Origin: Pseudomonadota bacterium
GTDB taxonomy: Bacteria; Myxococcota; JACRCW01; JAFGSX01
DNA: 64,000 bases
Direction of reading: 5' to 3'
NCBI GenBank assembly: GCA_043821645.1
Contig: JBDRCO010000001.1
Location: forward strand, 1 to 64,000
Positions 9,898-19,017 of this stretch are shown in pieces. Within the stretch, counting starts at the first letter, position 1; each line of letters begins with the position of its first letter. The notes under the pieces are model-generated. The model ran no database searches and was not told the origin of the DNA. It was given only the letters and a program-made list of their open reading frames with translations. A program made the position numbers and the translations under genes.

Positions 9898-11130
9898 TTA
9901 CTGCCTGGCCGCGTCCAGATAGGGGAAGGGGTTGACGGAGCCCGAGGAGTACCCGCCCTGCCCCTGGTAGATCGAGAAGTGCACGTGCGGGGCCGTGCCC
10001 CGGGCGCTGCCGGTGTTGCCGACCGTGCCCACCGGGTCACCGGCGTTGATGGTTTGCCCTGGCCGCAGGTTGGCCAGCGAATCCAGGTGCGCCATGTAGA
10101 AGCGCTCGTTGCCGCGACGGATGGTGACGCAGTTGCCACCGACCGTCGTGTTGCCGACATTCTCGACGGTGCCGGACACCGGAGACACCACGGGCTGACC
10201 CTTTGGGGCAAAGATGTCGACGCCGAGGTGGCCGTTGGGGTGGCTGGAGTTGGTGGCGCTGCGGCTGTAGTCCGAATTATGACGCGCGGTGTTGGCGTCG
10301 AAGTTGTTCCACTGCCCGTCGTAGCCGATGTTGTAGCGGCCGCCCGCCACCGGGAAGGTCTCGAGCTGGGCGCCGGTGGCGTTGGGGTTGGTCACAGGGT
10401 TGGCGCCCGTGGTCGGCGCCGAGCCGTTAGGCTGGCCATTGGTATTGGTCGGCTGGTTGCGCTCCACGGCGTTGGCGCCGGTCTGGATGGCGTCCGAGCG
10501 GTGCTGCACCAGCTGGTTGAGGTCCTTGCCGTAGCGCGAGGCGGTCTCGCTGGCGCCGGCCCAGGTGTTGTTGCTCTCGCGGTAGCAGTGGTTGATGAAG
10601 TCCTGGTTGGTGCGGATCTGCGGGTTATTCTGCAGCAGCTGATCCATGCGCCCCTGCGTTGAGTTGGGATCGGGCTGGTTCTGCAGGCCCGAGGCCACGT
10701 TGACGGTGCGGCTGGGCTGCAGGTCGGCCGCAGGTGGTCGGTTCTCGGGCTGGGTGTTGCCGACGGTGGTGCGGGCGTCGGTGCGGGCGCGGGTCACCTC
10801 GGGTGACTCGAAGCTGGCTCCGCTCTTGAGCCCGCCAATGGTTTGCGGTCCGGCCTTGCCGTCGACCTGCAGCTGGTTGAGCTGCTGGAACGAGCGCACC
10901 GCGGCGTCGGTGTTGGGACCAAACTTGCCGTCGGTGTCGAGCGGGGGCTGTGCTCCCGCGGCATTGAGGCGCTGTTGAAGCTCCTGTACCGCTGGGCCCT
11001 GCTGGCCAATGCGCAGCGCGTTGCCGGCCTCGGCCTGGGAGAAGCTGGGCGCCGCGCGATAGCGCGAGGGCGAGTCTGCGGATGGGGTGTAGTTGGTCGG
11101 GCGAGTGGAGGAGACGGGTCCGACTGTCAT
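9898..11130 (-). CDS. Peptidoglycan-binding domain + M23 metallopeptidase
   Basis: PG_binding_1 pattern (VQELQQRL...DGKFGPNTDAAVRSFQ...VDGKAGPQT); M23 motifs HLGVD, YMAHL, VGNTGS and PHVHF. Confidence 0.9.
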   Translation of the reverse strand: MTVGPVSSTRPTNYTPSADSPSRYRAAPSFSQAEAGNALRIGQQGPAVQELQQRLNAAGAQPPLDTDGKFGPNTDAAVRSFQQLNQLQVDGKAGPQTIGGLKSGASFESPEVTRARTDARTTVGNTQPENRPPAADLQPSRTVNVASGLQNQPDPNSTQGRMDQLLQNNPQIRTNQDFINHCYRESNNTWAGASETASRYGKDLNQLVQHRSDAIQTGANAVERNQPTNTNGQPNGSAPTTGANPVTNPNATGAQLETFPVAGGRYNIGYDGQWNNFDANTARHNSDYSRSATNSSHPNGHLGVDIFAPKGQPVVSPVSGTVENVGNTTVGGNCVTIRRGNERFYMAHLDSLANLRPGQTINAGDPVGTVGNTGSARGTAPHVHFSIYQGQGGYSSGSVNPFPYLDAARQ

Positions 11131-11216
11131 CTTGGGCCTCTTGGCAAGCGATGCGTACCTTTGCGCACCTCTTCTTAAGGTATCGCCGCCTGGGCCATGG
11201 AGTTGTGTGGGAGGGG

Positions 11217-11232
11217 TCGGTCAGATGACCGA
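11217..11232. promoter_or_regulatory. Inverted repeat, candidate operator
   Basis: TCGGTCA-GA-TGACCGA has perfect 7-bp arms. It lies in the divergent M23/dedA intergenic region next to an AT-rich tract (11263-11297). Confidence 0.35.
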
Positions 11233-11496
11233 TGGCGGTAAGGCGCTGCCCGGTGGGCCGGGATATTGCCGATAATCATATGAAATATATTGTTTTGCAG
11301 TGGCCGACGGACGCAGTCTCGCGCTGGCTATGCACCGGCGTCACCGGTGCGCTGAGACCAGGGATTGGCAGAGAAGGGGCCGCTGCTGTCTCCGCACGCG
11401 GGTCGTGCCTGGCCCCGATCGATGCTGGAAAAGTCCGGGCGAAGCCGACTGCTGCTACAGTGACGGCATGAACACCGGTGCCGGGACCCTCGGTCC

Positions 11497-12093
11497 ATGA
11501 GCGACCTCTCCACTCTGTGGGCCATCGCGGGCACGCTGCTCCTCGCAGCCCTGGGTTTGCCGGTACCCGAGAACCCGGTGCTCATGGGCAGCGGCTACGC
11601 CATCTTCGCCGGCGCCACCAAGCCTGTATCGAGCCTGCTGGTCTGGTACCTGGCCATCCTCCTCGGCGATGCGGCGCTCTTTGCCGCCTCGTACTGGCTC
11701 TTCACCCGTCCACGCATCGCCCGGCTGCTGGTTCGCCTGGCCGGTGCCAGGCGCTTTCGCGCATACCGGGCCCTGTTCGCCTCGCGTGGCGCCCTGACTC
11801 TGTTCCTGGCGCGCTTCGCCTATGGCGTGCGAGCGGTCGCCTATGTCGCGGCCGGGGCCGCGCATTATCCCTGGTCTCGCTTCCTGCTTGTCGACGGTCT
11901 GTCGGTGGCGCTGCAGGTCGCCCTGTTCGTTGGGGTTGGCTACTACGCGGGCGAGCGCATCGACTGGGCGCAGGACACGGGCACCAAGATCGTGATGGTG
12001 CTGGCGGTGCTCGCCGTGGTGACCCTGGTCATCACCTGGGGCGCCACGGTGCTGGTGCGCCGCCTATCTCGACGGCAGGCAGACCCGGAGTGA
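11497..12093 (+). CDS. dedA: DedA/VTT family membrane protein
   Basis: GLPVPENPVLMGSG, LLGDAALF, LFLARFAYGVR, AGAAHYPWSRFLLVD; several TM helices. Confidence 0.88.
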   Translation: MSDLSTLWAIAGTLLLAALGLPVPENPVLMGSGYAIFAGATKPVSSLLVWYLAILLGDAALFAASYWLFTRPRIARLLVRLAGARRFRAYRALFASRGALTLFLARFAYGVRAVAYVAAGAAHYPWSRFLLVDGLSVALQVALFVGVGYYAGERIDWAQDTGTKIVMVLAVLAVVTLVITWGATVLVRRLSRRQADPE

Positions 12094-12131
12094 ACGCAGA
12101 GGGGGCTGCTCGGCACGATCGAGAGGGCGCG

Positions 12132-12464
12132 CTAGCTCGCCCCTGATTCGAGAGCACGCCTGGCTCGATAGAGCTTCCAGGCATCGATCATGCGGTCGCT
12201 GGCCTTGTCGGACACGCCCTTCACCTGGGCACGGCGTCCTGGCTTGCCCGGCGATGTGGCAGCGGACTTTGGGGTCGAGGCGGAGGTGACCCGGGCCGGG
12301 CGTACCGCTGCGGTGGACCGGCGCACCCTGCCCAGTGCGCGACCACTGCCCCGCAGCGAGCCGCGGGTCTGACGCAGGCGCCGGATCTCGGCCTCGACGA
12401 GCTTCTTCTCGGCCTCGAGCTGGCGAATAGCCTCGGTGATCTCGCGAAGGGCTCTCTCGTACAC
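12132..12464 (-). CDS. Small basic protein, N-terminal coiled coil + Arg/Lys/Ser/Ala-rich tail (110 aa)
   Basis: AGGAG 7 nt before GTG 12464; YERALREITEAIRQLEAEKKLVEAEIRRLRQTR heptad pattern. Confidence 0.55.
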   Translation of the reverse strand: MYERALREITEAIRQLEAEKKLVEAEIRRLRQTRGSLRGSGRALGRVRRSTAAVRPARVTSASTPKSAATSPGKPGRRAQVKGVSDKASDRMIDAWKLYRARRALESGAS

Positions 12465-12600
12465 GTGGTCACTCCTGTGTGCTGTCGTACGCGCCGTTGC
12501 TGGCCGCGCAAGAAGCCAATGTGCCTCAGCTCGAGCCTCCTGAAAAGTGCTCAACGCCACACCGCGATCGTGTGGCGGACGAAACAGGGCCGATCGGATC

Positions 12601-14787
12601 CTAGAACGCGAGGTCGATGGAGGCAGTGTCCGCCTGGTCCGTCACGTGCACGAGGGTCGACGACACGCAGCTGGCCACGCCCGTGCTGCCATCATACCAG
12701 CCCACCACACCGGGATATGCGGCCTGGGCGCTGACATAGATGCGCACATCACCCTCGGGAAGCGCCGGGATCTGGTAGTCGCCGCTGGCATCGGTGAGCG
12801 CGGGCTGAAACCACGCCCGGTCGTCACTGCGCGCACAGTCCGCCACGTGGGCCCACACGTACATACCCTCGACCGCCGCACTGCTGGCCGTGAGCTGCCC
12901 GGACACGCTGCCGCCCTGCTGCAGGGTGAAGTCGCGCCCTGGGTGGCTGCTGCCAGAGGTCACCGCCGTGCCCTCGGCCTGGCTGCAGTCGTAGGTGCCG
13001 CCACTGCTGTTCCACCAGCGGTCCGCGTAGCGGGGGCTCTGCAGGTTGCGCATGCGGGTCTCGAGGTAGATGGTCCCCTCGGGCAGGTTGGGCAGGTGGT
13101 AGCTGCCGTCGCTCACCGAGAAGGCCCCGTCCATGTAGTTCCCGGCCGCACAGGTCGCGTCGTAGGCGTGTACCAGCACACCCGACACGGGACTGCCGTC
13201 CAGGGTGATGGTGCCGCTGATGCTGGCCGGTGCCTCCAGGAACACGTCGACCGCCGGGTTCAGGGTGTGTGCGGACACGCTCACCGTCGACGCCAGGTCG
13301 CAATCGCTGCTGCCACTGCCCGTGGTCCACCAGCGGTTGGCGTAGGACTCGAAGCCAGCCTGGCAGGTGGCGCAGGCCTCGACGTAGTAGCTGCCGACGG
13401 GGAGACCCCGGGCCAGGTAGTTGCCGCTGGCGTCGGTGAACACCTCGGCGCTGAGCGCGCCACCGCCGCAGAGCTGGCGGTAGAACTTGATCTGGAAGCC
13501 CGGGCCCACGCCGCTGCTGCTGGCCGTGATGCGGCCCGCCACGGCGCCGCCCGCCGGGTACACGAAATCGACGTCCGTGGTGGTCTGGGCGTCGACCACG
13601 GCCACACCCTCGCGCGCCAGGCAGGTCGAGGTGCCCCCTGCGGCATTCCACCAGCGGGCATCGGCGCCGCTGGCCGCGCGCAGGTAGACCGTGCTGCCAC
13701 CGCTGACGCCTGTGACCACGTAGTAGCCGTTGTCGTCGCTGACCGCGCTGCTGACGAAACCGCTCAGCGGACAGGCGCCGTCGTAGGCGTTGACGGTCAT
13801 GCCAGACAGAGGCGCGCCGCCGTGGGTGATGCGCCCGCTGATCGCGGTGCCACAGCTCGACGCCAGGCAGGGATCCGTCACCTCGGCGCCGCAGCCGCCC
13901 AGCCCGTCTTCCTCGTAGCCGACGTCGCACAGGCACACGGCCTGCGCGTTGACCACGCTGCAGCGGGTGCGGTTGGTGTCCGTGCAGGGGCTGGGGTTGC
14001 AGGCGTCGCCGCTGCTCGGTACGCAGGTGCCGTTGCCGTCGTCGACGTAGCCGCCGTCGCAGGAGCACTGCACCTGGTTGCCGACCACCGCGCACTCACC
14101 CTTGTGCGGCTCGGTGCAGGGGTTGGGGCTGCAGCTCAGTGCGGGCTGGCAGGTTCCGCTGCCCGGGTCCACGTAGCCCGGATCACAGGAACACCGGGCC
14201 ACCCCCAGCAAGTTCGCGCACACCGCGCGGTGGGTCTCGGTGCACGGAGTCGGCGTGCAGGGATCCACGGGTCGACAGGCCCCGTCTCCGTAGTCGACAA
14301 AGCCGCTGTCGCAATCGCAGCGTGCCTGGCCCTGATCGTTGATGCAGACGGTGCGATGCGGATCGGTGCAGGTGCTCGCCGTGCAGGGGTCGGGCCCGCT
14401 GTCCTCGGTGGCGGCGTCGACCGTGGCAGCCGCGTCGTCTGCCTGGGCGCTGTCCGTGGTCGCCTGGCTGTCCCTCGGCGCGCTGTCCATGCCGGCTGCC
14501 GTATCCACCCCGGTGGTCGTGTCCACACCCGCGGCCCTGTCGACACCCACCGAGGTGTCGCGCGCGGCCGTGTCCGGCAGGACGGCATCGGGACCACTCG
14601 CAGCGTCCGGGTTCACCGCCAGATCCGCCCCCGCGGCATCCCCCACCAGGACATCTCTCCCCGGGGCGTCCGTCGCATGGGAGGCATCCCCGGGTTGCCG
14701 GGCGCTGATCCCGCGCTCGCCTGGGCACGCGGCCAGGAAAAGGAGCAGCACAGCGGGCCAGGGACCGGGACCAGGATGGCGCCTCAT
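12601..14787 (-). CDS. Lipoprotein with EGF-like Cys repeats and three carboxypeptidase-regulatory-like (prealbumin-fold) domains
   Basis: GAGGTG RBS before ATG 14787; LAAC lipobox; Asp-rich linker; four C..PCT..HR..C....C.CD.G(Y/F)VD.G.G.C repeats; repeated ISG.IT...T(D)..G.Y...L..G...RWW units. Confidence 0.8.
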   Translation of the reverse strand: MRRHPGPGPWPAVLLLFLAACPGERGISARQPGDASHATDAPGRDVLVGDAAGADLAVNPDAASGPDAVLPDTAARDTSVGVDRAAGVDTTTGVDTAAGMDSAPRDSQATTDSAQADDAAATVDAATEDSGPDPCTASTCTDPHRTVCINDQGQARCDCDSGFVDYGDGACRPVDPCTPTPCTETHRAVCANLLGVARCSCDPGYVDPGSGTCQPALSCSPNPCTEPHKGECAVVGNQVQCSCDGGYVDDGNGTCVPSSGDACNPSPCTDTNRTRCSVVNAQAVCLCDVGYEEDGLGGCGAEVTDPCLASSCGTAISGRITHGGAPLSGMTVNAYDGACPLSGFVSSAVSDDNGYYVVTGVSGGSTVYLRAASGADARWWNAAGGTSTCLAREGVAVVDAQTTTDVDFVYPAGGAVAGRITASSSGVGPGFQIKFYRQLCGGGALSAEVFTDASGNYLARGLPVGSYYVEACATCQAGFESYANRWWTTGSGSSDCDLASTVSVSAHTLNPAVDVFLEAPASISGTITLDGSPVSGVLVHAYDATCAAGNYMDGAFSVSDGSYHLPNLPEGTIYLETRMRNLQSPRYADRWWNSSGGTYDCSQAEGTAVTSGSSHPGRDFTLQQGGSVSGQLTASSAAVEGMYVWAHVADCARSDDRAWFQPALTDASGDYQIPALPEGDVRIYVSAQAAYPGVVGWYDGSTGVASCVSSTLVHVTDQADTASIDLAF

Positions 14788-14971
14788 GACGATCACCTCA
14801 CATGTCAGCGGTCTGGGTCGTCGGCCGCACCCCTGGCCTCCCTGGATACAGCAGCCACTCCTGGCGGGCAAATGCCATCCTGCTGCCTCCTTCCCTGGCG
14901 CGGTGCGAGCAGGTGCGAATGCCGCTGTTCGCCGGCGAGGAGACGGAGTATCAAGACGAGTGGAGGGAGCC

Positions 14972-15394
14972 ATGACAGAGGAGCAGAGCACCACCTTGCA
15001 CCCCACCGTGGCGGCGCTGGCCCGGGACTTCGATCTGACCGATGGACAGTGGAGCGCTCCCGGCGAGCGGTTGGTCGCCCATCACCAGGCCCTGCAAGCC
15101 TGCGGCCCCGAGCTGCGTAACAAGCTCATCACCGACCTGGTGGTGCTGGCCGGGCGCTTCGAGCGCGAGACCGGAGCAGCGGGTCAGACCGCCCTGGCGC
15201 AACTGCTGGCCCTCGCCACTTTGCTGCTTGGCGGGGTGCAGGCCGCGCAGGAGGCCTTCGAGGAGGCGGGTGTCCACACCGCCGAGGCGCGCAAGCTCCT
15301 GGGCGGCGATGGCCTTCGCTTCGAGGACCGCGCGGCGCAGAAACCTGGCCAGGCAGCAGCGTCCCTGCTGGGCATGCTGAAGAAGAACAAATAG
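14972..15394 (+). CDS. Hypothetical all-helical protein (140 aa)
   Basis: GGAGGGAG RBS before ATG 14972; GC3-biased codons; Leu/Ala-rich amphipathic helices. Confidence 0.7.
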   Translation: MTEEQSTTLHPTVAALARDFDLTDGQWSAPGERLVAHHQALQACGPELRNKLITDLVVLAGRFERETGAAGQTALAQLLALATLLLGGVQAAQEAFEEAGVHTAEARKLLGGDGLRFEDRAAQKPGQAAASLLGMLKKNK

Positions 15395-15466
15395 ATGCGG
15401 GCCGCGACCAGGGCGCCAAAAAGAGGGTCGCGGCGATAAAGATGGATCACCAGCCGGAGGTGAGAG

Positions 15467-16123
15467 ATGCCCGATAGCACCATCAGCACCAGTCGCCGCG
15501 CGCTCAACACGACAGGGACGACCCCCAGCACCGCCACCACGGCAGCCACGCGCACCCGCCTGAGCAACCCGGCGTACTCGGCGGCAGACGTCGCGGTGGC
15601 CAACGAGGTGCGGGCCAGGCTCGACGCCGGTGCCTACGATCGCAATCCGGTCCTCAAAGCCAAGGTCATCAACCTGCTGGCATCGGTCGACGGCACCGCA
15701 GGTGGTCGGCTGCCGCGCATCCCCGATCGCAACACGGTGAGCCGCGTCATGGGCGAGCTGCGTAACATTCGCGACGCGGGCACGACGGGCGGCGCCAGCA
15801 GCGTCGGTACCACGCCTCCGGCGGGCAGCGAGCAACCCTTCGGAGTGGAGCCGGTGGGCAACACGGCGCCACCCGAGCGCATCCGTGAGGTCAAGGTGGC
15901 CTGGGACTACAACGACGTCAATCCCAACATCGCCGGCTTCCGGCTGTACCACGAGGGCGTCAAGGTCGGCGAGATCCGCTCGGCGACCGCACGCGCGATG
16001 AACTGCGACGTGTCGCTGTCCGAGGGCGCGCACAGCTTCACCCTCACCGCCTTCGACGTGAACGGCCTCGAGAGCGACCCCAGCGCGCCGGCCATCCTCA
16101 ACAACGTGTTCCCGCCCGAATAG
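15467..16123 (+). CDS. Hypothetical protein with Ser/Thr-rich N-terminus and C-terminal FnIII-like domain
   Basis: GGAGGTG RBS; C-terminus VKVAWDYN...IAGFRLY...HSFTLTAFDVNGLESDPS is a typical FnIII pattern; no signal peptide. Confidence 0.75.
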   Translation: MPDSTISTSRRALNTTGTTPSTATTAATRTRLSNPAYSAADVAVANEVRARLDAGAYDRNPVLKAKVINLLASVDGTAGGRLPRIPDRNTVSRVMGELRNIRDAGTTGGASSVGTTPPAGSEQPFGVEPVGNTAPPERIREVKVAWDYNDVNPNIAGFRLYHEGVKVGEIRSATARAMNCDVSLSEGAHSFTLTAFDVNGLESDPSAPAILNNVFPPE

Positions 16124-16144
16124 CGTCCGACGCCGTCGACGGCG

Positions 16145-16390
16145 GTGCTCGAATCACGCCCCGCTGCACCGCTCCACGCGTGGGATGGCTCAGGCACCAC
16201 GTCGGCTGATGCGCGGCAGCGTCTGCATTGCCTCGTGCACAACGCGCACGCGGGTGGCCGGCTCCTGCGTTTCTTCAGCGCTCCCGACGTCGAGGCCGCC
16301 TGGGAGGTTTCGCTGCGAGCTGGAGTGGACCTCATCGGTACCGATCATCTTGATGCGATGGCCGGGTCTCTATCGCGCGTTCCGCCCTGA
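16145..16390 (+). pseudogene. 3' fragment of a GDPD/PI-PLC-like (AIM6-type) phosphodiesterase gene
   Basis: LVHNAHAGGRLLRFFSAPDVEAAWEVSLRAGVDLIGTDHL matches the last beta-alpha units of the GDPD-like barrel. There is no room for the catalytic N-terminal part because the upstream gene ends at 16123. Confidence 0.55.
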
Positions 16391-16431
16391 CTCTGTTCAC
16401 GGGACAGGGCGCCCGACTCGAAGCAGCATGG

Positions 16432-18801
16432 TCATTTGGGGGGTGCGCCACAGGTGGTCTGGCCACGCAGCACGGCGCCCACGCTGCGCACAAGCGGCAG
16501 ATCGACCTCGGAAAGGGCGTAGGTTTCGAAGGCCTCGATGTGACGCAGGGCCTCGGCTGGTTTTTTTTGCATCGCTGCCAGGGCCAGCAGCGCCCGGTGC
16601 ACCGACAGCGACTCCGGGTCCAGCTGCAGCGCTTTCTCCAGAGCCGACCGGGCCTCACCTTGCTGCCCTTCCGCCGCCAGGGTGAGCCCGTAGGCGACCT
16701 CGATCTCGGCGCGATCACGGGCGTTGGCCATGCGGTCTGGCTGCACACCTCCGCCCCTCTCCAGGTCCGGATCCTCTCGCCGCAGGTCCACCTTCTCGAC
16801 GCTTGCCGGCGCCAGGGCCAGCCGCCGGACCTCCCCTCGAGTGCCGACGCGGAGCGTGTGCTTGCCGGGCGGCACGAAGAACTGCACCCGCTCCGCACTC
16901 CCGAACAGCATGACATCGTCGACATACAGAGGCTGCTTGTCGGCGAAGACCTGAAGCAGGCTCAGCGACTCCAGGGACAGCGCTCGCAGCTCGACGGTCC
17001 GCTCCAGGACTTCGCCGGGCTTGGCGCGGAGCAGCAAGGACAGCGGCTCGCATCCCTCGGCGTTGAGAACGATCGTGTGCATCCGATCGGGCTCCAGGTC
17101 CGGGACCTGACACGGCGTGCGGCACACGCCCGAGCCATCGACGCTGACCAGGGCACCGGGGGGACTCGACTCCAGGGTCATGCGTGCCGGCAGTACCGAG
17201 AGGGCGAAGCGCAGGGTGGTCTCCTTGAGGCTGATCATTGGCACGGTGCGCGTGGTGTCCTTGTAGCCGCTGGCGCGAACAACGATCTCGAGCGTCCGGT
17301 GACGTCGTGCGTGCAAGCGCGCGGGTGTGGAACCGACAGACTGGCCATCGACCAGGACCTCTGCCCCCGGCGGATTGCTGGTCACGAGCAGCTCGATCGA
17401 TCGCGTGAACCACCAGCCTGCGATCACCATGGCGACGGCGACCAGGCCCCCGGCGATCTGCACCTTGGGAATCCGGATGATGCGGATGGGTCGCTCGAGG
17501 TCGGGAGCGAGGGATGACAGCTGCTCCCGCGACCGGGTCAGGCGGATCTGGGGTGCCGCATGGGGCTGGTCGCGCGACTTCAACTCGGCGACGAGTTCGT
17601 CGGTGCGGCCGAAGTAGTCAACGGCCAGCTGCTCGGACTCGCGCCGCGAACCCTTATCCTGCACGACATCCATGGCCGCGAGCAGGTGTGGCGCAGCGCC
17701 CTTCGCGTGCTCCTCGTCGTCCTGGGTGTGATCGACAGGTACCTCCGCCATGATGAAATCCATGACCGCGCGTGGATCCAGCCGCGGTGCCGACACCGGT
17801 GCGAGAGCCGGCTGGGACACAGGCGCGCTGGTTTGTGCTTCCTCGACGTCGAGACCCGGCATCCTGTAGGCCTCGCTCTCCTCGGAAGGCACATCGAGTT
17901 TCGGCGCCGGAGCCGCCACTCGATCCGGGTACCGGGGAGGGAAAGCCCCTGCCAGTGGCTGCAGCGCCCGGGCCATGTCGAGAGCGGTCTGAAATCGCCG
18001 GGTGGGATCCTGAGCCAGGGCGTGCATCAGGATCTTGGTCAGCGCGGGATCCACGCCCTGCAGCAGGCGGGCCCGGCTGGACTCCCGGCCGGCCTGGAGC
18101 GCGGCCACCAGCTCCACCGGCGAGGAGATGGGTCGCAGCAGACCGCACGTAAGAAGGCCATACAGCAGGGTGCCAAGAGCAAAAACGTCGCTGCGGGCAT
18201 CCGACTTGCCGCCAAGCAGCTGCTCCGGAGCCAGGTAGGGAGCGATGGAGGCGAACGAGCCCTGAGCGGATATCAGCTTGTTGCCATCGACCTCGACCAG
18301 ACCGAAGTCCATGAGCACGACCCTGGGCTCTCGCGTGACAAACACCGTCGCGGGTCGCAGGTCGCCGTGAACAACCCCGCGCTGGTGGCATTCGTGCAAG
18401 ATCTGGGCGACCTGGATGATGATGGCAGCAGCCTCGGGAACAAAGAAGGGACCACGGCGCAACGCTCTGGCCAGCGACTCCCCTTCGAGGCGCTCCATGG
18501 CGAGGTAGAAACACTCGCCCAGCGTGGGCACCTGGACCTTGCCAGCGTCAAACAGGTGCACGACGCCCGGGTGCTTGAGCGCGCGCAGGTGGCGTGCGGA
18601 CGTCGTGAAGCGCTGCAGGGCGATCTCGACGGTAGGGGCAATACGCAGCGGCTGCATGACCTTGAGTGCGACCTGCTGCTCAGTCTGAATGTGAACCGCG
18701 GCATAGGTGATCCCAGTGGCACCGCGGCCAAGGGGGTGCTGGATCTGGTACGGTCCGATGCGTGTCGGCACCCGATTTGGAGCTGGCGCATCCCTGCCCA
18801 T
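16432..18801 (-). CDS. Transmembrane Ser/Thr kinase-fold protein with PEGA domains and C-terminal TPR
   Basis: LGRGATGITY, VALK, HGDLRPATV, LMDFG, YLAPEQ and SDVFALG; TM helix; PEGA repeats (VTSNPPGAEVLVDG, LESSPPGALVSVDG); ALEKALQLDPE TPR. Confidence 0.88.
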   Translation of the reverse strand: MGRDAPAPNRVPTRIGPYQIQHPLGRGATGITYAAVHIQTEQQVALKVMQPLRIAPTVEIALQRFTTSARHLRALKHPGVVHLFDAGKVQVPTLGECFYLAMERLEGESLARALRRGPFFVPEAAAIIIQVAQILHECHQRGVVHGDLRPATVFVTREPRVVLMDFGLVEVDGNKLISAQGSFASIAPYLAPEQLLGGKSDARSDVFALGTLLYGLLTCGLLRPISSPVELVAALQAGRESSRARLLQGVDPALTKILMHALAQDPTRRFQTALDMARALQPLAGAFPPRYPDRVAAPAPKLDVPSEESEAYRMPGLDVEEAQTSAPVSQPALAPVSAPRLDPRAVMDFIMAEVPVDHTQDDEEHAKGAAPHLLAAMDVVQDKGSRRESEQLAVDYFGRTDELVAELKSRDQPHAAPQIRLTRSREQLSSLAPDLERPIRIIRIPKVQIAGGLVAVAMVIAGWWFTRSIELLVTSNPPGAEVLVDGQSVGSTPARLHARRHRTLEIVVRASGYKDTTRTVPMISLKETTLRFALSVLPARMTLESSPPGALVSVDGSGVCRTPCQVPDLEPDRMHTIVLNAEGCEPLSLLLRAKPGEVLERTVELRALSLESLSLLQVFADKQPLYVDDVMLFGSAERVQFFVPPGKHTLRVGTRGEVRRLALAPASVEKVDLRREDPDLERGGGVQPDRMANARDRAEIEVAYGLTLAAEGQQGEARSALEKALQLDPESLSVHRALLALAAMQKKPAEALRHIEAFETYALSEVDLPLVRSVGAVLRGQTTCGAPPK

Positions 18802-19017
18802 GATCTCGTCCCTGTCCCATCCCAAGTGTGCTCACTGCGTCATCACGCAGCCCCGAGCTAACATCTCACAGTGCACGCAGTTCATTCTACAGGTGCTTGC
18901 AAACGGAGCCAAAGGTCTTCCGAGGGTGGTCCGGGGAGATGGTGCCAAAGCAGGCTCATCCATCTTTGCTATCCTGTGCACATCGATGTCCCTGCGCTCG
19001 GCGCTCACGGGGGTCTC

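Noticed and set aside
18898-18913. Possible sigma-54 promoter on the minus strand (TTGGCTCCGTTTGCA)
   Set aside because: GG to GC spacing is 8 nt rather than the required 10.
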